Shown here: positions 55,463 to 64,000 of the stretch, one piece after another
Layout of the letters: each line of letters starts with the position of its first letter
How positions within the stretch are numbered: the first letter of the stretch is position 1
Source of the DNA: Octopus sinensis
Taxonomy: Eukaryota
Assembly (NCBI RefSeq): GCF_006345805.1
Contig: NC_043004.1
Span: 15,376,001-15,440,000 of the forward strand
Reading direction: 5' to 3'
Length of the DNA: 64,000 bases
The notes under the pieces: generated by a model
Database searches by the model: none
What the model was told of the DNA's origin: nothing
What the model saw: the letters and a program-made list of their open reading frames with translations, nothing else
Translations under genes and position numbers: made by a program

Positions 55463-55670
55463 AGTTAATCCAAACATGAAAACACAAAGAGAAAACACAA
55501 CAACACGAGGACGTGGAACATGTATAGTATTATTGGAGGCTCAGAAAAGAAGAAAAGAAGGTGGGTTTAACGTTTCGAGCGGAGCTCTTCGTCAGAAACA
55601 TAGGAAAAAGAAAGATCCAAAGAAGGGAAGACGGAGGAAAAAAATCGCCAACGGTACACACGAGGTCACA
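55463..55670 (-). mobile_element. PLE-type terminal repeat with intact minimal hammerhead
   Basis: Homologous to 31885-32070. Confidence 0.7.
55565..55599 (-). ncRNA. Minimal type I hammerhead ribozyme
   Basis: GTTT-CTGACGA-A-GAGC(TCC)GCTC-GAA-ACGT-T-AAAC. Confidence 0.65.
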
Positions 55671-56703
55671 TACATATATACTATATATATTCATACATGT
55701 ATTATATATATGAATATATCAATGTGTGTATGTCTTTATGTCTGTTTGACATGCATGACCGCTTGTCAACCGGTGTTGGTGTGTTTACGTTTCCATAACG
55801 TAGCGGTTCGGGAAAAGGGAATGATATGATAAGTACTAGGCTTTAAAAATTAAGTCCTATGGTCAGTTTGTACTATTAAAAACCTTGAATTTGGTACACC
55901 AGTGTGACCGCAGTCCGATGGCTGAAACATGGAAAAGATTTCAGCTTCCAATAACTTTCGATTGGAATGGATATAGTACTTCTTATATACTAGTACTATA
56001 TTTAATTTAGTTAGCATTGGTTCTTTCAGCGACATTTTGGTTTGATGCCTGGAAGTCAAAAATCAATATACTTTAAGAGTTTCAAATAAAATTTAAAGGG
56101 TCATAAACCAAACAACATTATTACGATATTTAATGATCAGCTACAAAGCTGAAGCTAAATGACGTAGCAGGATGCTACAAACGTTGTTGAATTAGTAGAA
56201 CTTGAAATTTAACGAATAAAAAGCATTGATCAGAAATTCTTACAGAAGTAGAGAGGATTTGTCATGTTCATTTAAATGTAGAAAGCAAATAAAAGCAATA
56301 AAGAAAACAAGACGAAGCGAAGCAAAACAGGTATGACAAATTTTACATGAAGTAGCTGATGTTTCAGCAGCCAACTGAAGACGAAAGAACGAAGAGGAAC
56401 CGACAAAGAAAATTGAGAAAACAGCAGAGACGGAAAGAAAGAGTAAGGTAAGAGACAGTGTTTTCGGAATACGACTCATCCAGTTTGCATTAAAAAAAAA
56501 GAAAACTGCTGAAATTGCAAAAAAAAGGCAATTGCATAGAGATTTTTGCACATAGATTGAATTAAGCGAATGACTTGTTTGGTGTCTCTCTGTTGCATTG
56601 TTTTCTTCATGGCATTGTAGAAATAAAAAAAGAATAGTACTTTCAGCTGCTGACTATAGGAAGAGTTAATGTGAGATAGGGGGAAGTATGGTGCAAGCAA
56701 AGA

Positions 56704-56861
<158 letters not shown>

Positions 56862-57070
56862 CACACTTGACCTCAAAATATCGTTCACTAGATGACAATG
56901 GCACTCTTCTTTTAATTTTGACTATATATCTTCTGGAGGAGTTACCTCAATCCTTTATATATTAACCAAAATAAAGTAGACTGACAAATTTATTTTTTGA
57001 ACCAATTGAAGACACACAAGATGTCGACATTTCGTTCACTTGATGAAAATGACACTCTTCTTTTAATAAT

Positions 57071-58270
57071 AACTAGCAGTATAACCCGGCCTTGTCCGGG
57101 ATTAAGTTACGATTATTAAGCTGATCAAGTGCTTTATTTCAAACCAAACTAAGTAATATCGACGTCAAATTTGGGCAAAACCCGTTGAAATTGGTTATAT
57201 TATATATATATAAATATAATATAATATAATATAATAATATAATATAATATAATATAAATATATATGGGCAACAGACACGAACACACATGTACGTACGTAC
57301 ACCTATTGCAAGTTTTGTGCATGCATACGTGTTCATAAACAGAAATGAATGGAAAAATGTTGTTAAATTTTTAGATTAACACTCGCACGATTTTCACTAA
57401 GAAAAATAATTGTTTTTTTTGCGTGGAATCAACTACTCTGGCCTCCTAATATGCTACAAAACCCTTTTTGTAGTCCGTGAAACGGAGTGGGTGTGGTGGA
57501 AGACTCGGAAATTGTACCCATTTATATTGTGCAATTCACTGAAAATTTGCTACTCACCTCTTTGTTTCTTTGTTGTTAAGTAAATGGATTGTCAACAAAA
57601 CACTTTTTTACTCGGTGTAAAATAAAAACAAAACTCTTTCGCACCCAAATTAATGTGTGTGAGAGAGAGATGAACGATTTAAAATAACTAAATGATTTAA
57701 AATAAATATATTGCAATTGTTGTGTGAGAAAGTATATATACTATGATTATAAAATATAGTGTCTTTCAAAAACATCCTGAATTTGAACACTATATCTCGT
57801 GTTTAAGAAAAGACAAAACACTTTACATTTTATATTTTATAAACGTCGTCACTTACTCTCTCTCTCCCTCTCTCACTTTGTCTTTCCCGTGAAACTCTCT
57901 GCTTCTCTTCCACTTTTCTTTATCTTTTTTTATTTTGTTAGACGCCGTCAGAAAGCTATGGCTGAAAATAGATTTTTATTAACATCGTCACTTACTCTCT
58001 CTCCTCTCTCACTTTGTCTTTCCCGTGAAACTCTCTGCCTCTCTTCTTCAACTTTTCTTCACCTTGTTTTTTTTGTTAGACGCCGTCAAAAAGCTATGGC
58101 TGAAAATAGATTTTTACCGCTATCCGCGGGTGCCTCGGGAAAAATATGTTGACAACACCTGGATAGGATGTTGAAGAATGTCCTCCTAAAATTTGAGCGA
58201 CATGCGTGCTAATTTGTGGATGTGCATAAACTACAATCACGTACACACACACACACACACATCTTGCCGT
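57071..58270 (+). mobile_element. Probable non-autonomous Helitron-like element with internal ~137-bp tandem duplication
   Basis: Starts ACTAGCAGTATAACCCGG...CCGGG; duplication at 57843-58117; ends (AC)n-atcttgccgTATA. The single-element extent is inferred. Confidence 0.45.
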
Positions 58271-59879
58271 ATATATATATATACATATATATATATAAAT
58301 ATATATGTATTCCCAACCACATGGTTCTGGGTTCAGTACTATTGCGTGACACCTTGGGCAAGTGTCTTCTGCTAGAGACACGGGCCGACCAAAGACTTGT
58401 GAGTATATCTGGTTGACGCAAACCGTAAGAAGCCCGTCTTATATATGTATATATATAATTATAGTATATTCTGTGAAGAACATAGTAGAATACAGTATAA
58501 AGCTCGCTCGTCCATTTTCACATTTAAACTGTGCTTTCCAGAAGTAGTATTATATGTATTTCCAGGATTGCGTTTGGGCATATGTCGTGTGTGAATAGAT
58601 AATTGAAAAAATTGGAGTCAACAAGGAGGGTACGGTTGGACATTTATTTTTTAATCACTACAATTGTTGTCACGCAACGTAGTTCTCCAGATGTGCAGGT
58701 ACTTGATTAAGAAACTATTTCCCTGCATTATGAGATCTAGTTGTGTTTCCTCAGGTGATATGTAAATATTGTCTCTGTAAATTTAAAATACTCGTGGCCT
58801 TAATTTAGTAGTAGTCACAAAGCCTATCAGCGTATGTTGTTTGTGAAGGGTCGTTGGCAAACTGCTTTGAATGCGTAAATGTAGTGGGATGGTGATTCTC
58901 GTATTCTTAAAGTGGTTGCCATTTTAAAGGGATTGGTATTTTATTTCTTTGTATTGTTGATTTGTTCTTCATGGTTGGTTACACATGATTCTCTTCAGCT
59001 GGCCTTTAAGATTCAACACTCGGACACATACATCCATATATGCGCGCGCACGTACACACACAAATATATATACATTCACATACATACACATATATAAAAT
59101 CTACACACACATATACATACGGATATATACACACGCTCACATATACGGACATGTACGCACACTCACGTACATATATATAAGCACACCTACACTCACTTGC
59201 ATATACATACACAGATGCTCGCGTTTGCATACACACACTTACACACATGTATAGATATCTACTTACAGACACACACGCACACCCACTCACACCATACATA
59301 TAAATAAATATATTCACTCAGAAATTAAAAAAAAGGTAGCTTATTAGCAATTAAATGAAGGCGATTTTATAGAGGTCAAAAAAGTGACAGATAGTACTGA
59401 CTAGCACACTTTTTGTTAAAATAACTCAAAGCCAAAAATTGTGTACATGTCACATTGTATGGGCCCAAAAACTTGTCCTTTTTCTTTGAGCTCCATGAGA
59501 GAGATTAACTTCAGAGGGAAAACTCGGGCGTAGAGATTCCGGTTCGAATGTAAGGCAGGTTTGAAAGTTTTCCCAACAGTTATTAGTCGTAGTGGTAGAG
59601 TGTTTATGCCGAATATGTACGTATGCATGTATATGTATGTATGCCTGTATATATGTACAAATTCCACTGAGAAGGCTTTTGTTGGTCTGAGGCTACAGCA
59701 GAAGACACATGCCAAGTCACCACACCGTGGGTCTGAACCCAGGACTATGAGTGTGGAACGTAGTTTGTTACCACACAGCCACACCTGCCCCTATGTACGT
59801 GTGTATGGGTAGATATATTATGCATGCATATATGTGTATATATATGTGTACATATTACATGCACATCTATATATATACA

Positions 59880-60780
59880 TCTACACATAAAATACAAAAT
59901 ACAAAGTTATATCTTGATATCGCTAGTGATAACAATACATAATATATAACAGACTGGAATTGTAGGCCCGTTTCTTGCAATTTCGATCAATTGGATCTTG
60001 TCCTCCCTCTTGTATAGAAGTGTACGGCTGCAGCGAAATTCATTTGTGGACTTTCTTCTATTGAATGCATTTTAACAAAAATGCTTCCGTAAAGACGGTG
60101 AAAATATTGTCAATTTCCCCAAACATGGACACAATTCAATTTTTAAACAATAACCAAAGCCGCTTCTCCGAAAGGGGAGGGTGACGGTCTACAATTATTT
60201 AACAAATGCAACACAACAACGTTTCCCTGATGAGGAACCAACAAACGTGATTACAATAGTCAAACAGTAATAATAATAACAACAAAACTTTTTAATTTAT
60301 CCCCATTTATGTGAAACCACTTATTCAAGTTCAAGTTATTGATGCAATTTTATACGAATTGCTAATACACACACACACATAATAAGGGTGAAAAATTGAA
60401 TATTAATTTGATTAATATGAATTGAAAAGCAGTGGTGTAGCATATAAGACCATAGCGGATCTTCTTCAAGCAAAATGGATGACCATTGTTAATCGTTCAT
60501 CCCTGTTATATAATACTTTCACTTTTATAGTGAAAGTGTCTGCATTACAAAAGAGAGATGTTATTGTTTCACTTTTAACACGTAATACTGAAATAGTGGA
60601 GAAGATATGATATTGCTGTGGGGTCGCCCTAGGGAGAAAGTTAAGATTTGCTGATGACACTCCGCGGAGCTTAAGTAAGGCATGTGTAAAATTTGAATGA
60701 AATTGGTTGTGTAGTTCTCAGGTTTTAGGGAAACACAGACAGACAGACACACACACACATTCTCAGTTTTATATAGAGAG
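59880..60780 (+). mobile_element. Helitron-like element homologous to 14420-15440
   Basis: Shared tacaaaatacaaagttatatcttgatatcgctagtg block and shared 3' end. Confidence 0.7.
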
Positions 60781-60782
60781 AG

Positions 60783-60891
<109 letters not shown>

Positions 60892-60959
60892 GTTCAACTG
60901 GAAGCACAAGGTCTCACATTTGGGGAAAGGAATTAAGTCGATTACATCGACTCCAGAGG

Positions 60960-61774
60960 GGCTAATGCAATTCCGCACCTCTCCTTGAAAAATGCATTTT
61001 TTAAAAAAGAAGCTTTTCGGTTTCTTACGTTTTAGATGTCGGAGATTACGAATATGCAAAAAAAAAAAATTACCCGTCCCCCCTTTTAAAATTTTAAACA
61101 TTTTCGAATTTTTTTTCGCATGTTTTAGATGACAGAGATTCCGAAATATGCAAGAAAGCACGTTTTCAAACTTCTAAATTCAATAAGCATATATATATGT
61201 GTATAAAGAGATAGATATGAATATCTTCTGGGGCTAAAAACCAACAGTAACTCCGTCTTCTATAGGATCGCCACATTTAGTTGACAAATATATCTTATGA
61301 ATAAAAGGATAGGGATAAATTGATAGTCAGATGAAAAATGGATGAAAATGTTCAAAATTAAAAATTGGGGGTGGGGTGAAATTTGAGTCCCTAATTAAAC
61401 TTTATAACATTAATTATTAACCATTAGTGTTTGTTTCTCATAAAATTGTGTGTATTTAATTTACGATCATTCATATTATCTACGATTATTTAAGAAAAAC
61501 ACAAGTAATACGCAAATTTTATCACGTTAACGTTTTTGTCTGTATTTAATTTCCATTTGCATATGTTCATCAATTCGCTACGACCTCTTTAAAGTAAACA
61601 AAATCAATAATTTAAATAGGCGTAGGAGTTGCTTGCTTACCAACCACATGGTTCCGGGTTCAGTCCCACTGCGTGACACCTTGGGAAAGTGTCTTCTACT
61701 ATAAACTCGGACTGACCAAAGCCTTGTGAGTGGATTCGGTAGACGGAAACTGAAAGAAGCCCGTCGTATATATT

Positions 61775-61824
<50 letters not shown>

Positions 61825-62170
61825 CGTATATCTTTGTGTGTCTGCGTTCTCCCTCTAACATCGCTTGACAACCGATGCTGGTGTGTTTACGTCCCCGTAA
61901 CTTTGCGGTTCGGCAAAAGAAACCAATAGAACAAGTACTGGGCTTACAAAGTATAAGTCATGGGGTCGATTTTCTCGACTGAAGATGGTGTTCCAGCTTG
62001 GTAACAGTCAAATGACTGAAACAAGTAAAAGAGTAAGGAGGGGAGGGGTGAATTTATTAAAAAATGTTTTTTTGCATATTCGTAATCTCCGACATCTAAA
62101 ACGTGGGAATCCGAAAATCACTTTTCAAAAAAATGCATTTCTCAAGAAGAGGTGCGAAACTGCATTAGCC
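60960..62170. mobile_element. Non-autonomous DNA transposon with ~120-bp imperfect TIRs
   Basis: 60960-61080 is the near reverse complement of 62045-62170 (GGCTAATGCA...TGCATTAGCC). Confidence 0.75.
61620..62035 (+). mobile_element. SINE family B, full length
   Basis: Head, B box GGTTCAGTCCC, CORE-like block, internal microsatellite, tail gaaacaagtaaaagag. Confidence 0.85.
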
Positions 62171-62183
62171 TACTTAGCGAACT

Positions 62184-62620
62184 TAACTGGTAGTTAATTT
62201 ATCGACCCCTAATGGATGAACGACAAAGTCGACCTCGGCGGAATATGAACGCAGAACGTGACAGCAGAAAAAATACCTATTTCATTACTACCCACAGAAG
62301 AGACAGACAAACGGATTACGTCGATTACTTAATTTATCGACCCCGAAAGGATGAATGGCAAAGTCGACCTCCGCGGAATTTGAACTCAACGTAGCGACAG
62401 AAGAAATACCTATTTCTTTACTACCCACAAGGGGCTAAACACAGAGGGGACAGACAAACGGATTAAGTCGATTATATCGACCCCAGTGCGTAACTGGTAC
62501 TTATTTAATCGACCCCGAAAGGATGAAAGGCAAAGTCGACATCGGCGGAATTTTAACTCAGAACGTAGTGACAGACGAGATACTGCTAAACATTTCGCCC
62601 GGCGTGCTAACGATTCTGCC
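62184..62620 (-). mobile_element. SINE family A head-to-tail trimer
   Basis: Three units joined at gaaatacctatttc. Confidence 0.8.
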
Positions 62621-62634
62621 CGACCTGTAGAGGG

Positions 62635-63300
62635 CTGTGAGCACCTGACGACATTCTAGGTGGCAGGAACGCTGTCTCGATCTTTCAACACTCAGGACTG
62701 TAGCTCCGTTAAGGCGACGAGTTGCGGAAATACGAGACTCACACACGTTCACCATCCAGAAATCGTTGCAGGTGGCGTAACCTGCGTATTAGAAGACACG
62801 GCATACGTAATCCGACACTAAGAGGATGCTGGCAACATACTGACTTCCTTACCATTGGAACACGACCTTTCCACAAGAATTTAAATAGGAGACGCTTCAA
62901 GCAGTAACCTGTAGAAGGCACGATGTTCAGGCGATAAAAAAATAACGGAGGCTATGTAAGCATTTTCCATCTCGGCCCGACCATCCAGGGTCAGCTTTCT
63001 TTCAGCCCATTCCTGGGTAAGACTGGAACACCTCGTCCCAGTTTTTATCAACCTGCAGGTCGGGATCAAACCAGACCCCGAGCGCTTTAACTGGTCAGTT
63101 GGTCCAGGGATCGGCGACGTCAGCCAATGACATTGTCCTGCCGCTCCAGTTGCCCAACTGCAAACCCACCGATTTGTCGGCGTTGATTTTAGCCTCCCTA
63201 AGATGGTGCCGACCATATTCCTTTAGGATAGTGCAGACCGTCACCACGTATTCATTTAGGATATTCATTTAGGGTGGTGCTGACCATCTTTACTTCAGAG
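62635..63300 (-). pseudogene. Decayed Tx1/L1-clade LINE ORF2 (post-RT region)
   Basis: RKLTLDGRAEMENAYIAS and FKFLWKGRVPMVRKSVCCQHPLSVGLRMP resemble the RxLSxxGRxxxxNxxxxS...FxFLWxG...GGLG(M)P motif. Confidence 0.75.
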
Positions 63301-63406
63301 GCGTCCGACACAATAACGCTGACATCGCCTTCGTATGCTGACACTTCGTATGCTGCCCTTCCTTGTTACAGTTTGAAAAGAAAACCACTTAGCAGTCAAT
63401 AATAAT

Positions 63407-63965
63407 GCCCTGATTCAGTACTAGGCGTTAGCTCTTATGGGCTTCAGATCTTAACTGATTGGAGGTGTTATCATGTACATGTTTTGTTTTGGAATATAAG
63501 ATGGTCTATATCAAATATTCTGTTCAATACCACAGATATGCTTGTCAATTGTTTAACCTTAACCGGTTAAGCATGTCCCTTGGTGGCTGACAATATATGC
63601 ATCTCTGATGATGAGCAAAAGTAGTTGTGGGTGGGGGGCATCTTAGCCAAGTGTTGAGAGGCATTCTTTGGGATTTGAATAAATCAGATCTGGAAACGTG
63701 GGTGTTTAACTTGCCATCCTTAAACAAGCCTTATTCAGAGACATTTGGAGCATGATCGTCTACTTGACCTGAATAAAATTCTAACAGGCCACAACTGCAA
63801 GGTCATGCCCTCTTAATCTTCATATGTGATCACCATGTCGCGCAAACATGCTTGTAATACGTGCATCTGGTCTAATCTTTTGAGACAGGTAGTCATGATG
63901 GGTAGATTGGTTTTTGTATATTTTACTCCAGTACCACTTTGATGGCATGCGATGCTCCCACACTC
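63407..63965 (+). mobile_element. Family D element, full length
   Basis: Reverse complement of 8443-8993; (AAT)n on both sides. Confidence 0.75.
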
Positions 63966-64000
63966 AATAATAATAATAATTCTTTCCAATACTGTCATTT

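Larger units (their letters stand above)
55258..55935 (+). mobile_element. SINE family B copy split by a PLE-type repeat
   Basis: Head at 55258-55452, tail at 55745-55935. Confidence 0.75.

Overview
AT-rich, repeat-saturated eukaryotic DNA, most likely octopus (coleoid cephalopod). This assignment is from memory of the SINE families and the extreme density of (TA)n, (TG)n, (GATA)n, (TATG)n and trinucleotide microsatellites. Almost all ORFs in the track are translations of microsatellites, and no intact long CDS is present. The window reads as intron/intergenic sequence. The best gene evidence is one minus-strand exon (1380-1541) encoding a signal-peptide-like N-terminus; the gene would continue off the left edge. 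The rest is nested mobile elements: four tRNA-type or SINE-like families, decayed LINE fragments (RTE, RTE-X, R4/Dong-type, Tx1/L1), non-autonomous Helitron-like elements, MITEs, and hAT, pogo and PIF1 remnants. The most notable signal is a set of Penelope-like-element (PLE)-type repeats carrying minimal type I hammerhead ribozyme motifs: eight motifs, three with an intact core. Several sit beside or inside long inverted repeats. One is a perfect 183-bp-arm palindrome (33347-33761) with a canonical hammerhead in each arm. There is also a candidate HDV-like ribozyme at the 5' end of an internally deleted RTE element. All calls are by eye; no searches or folding were run.
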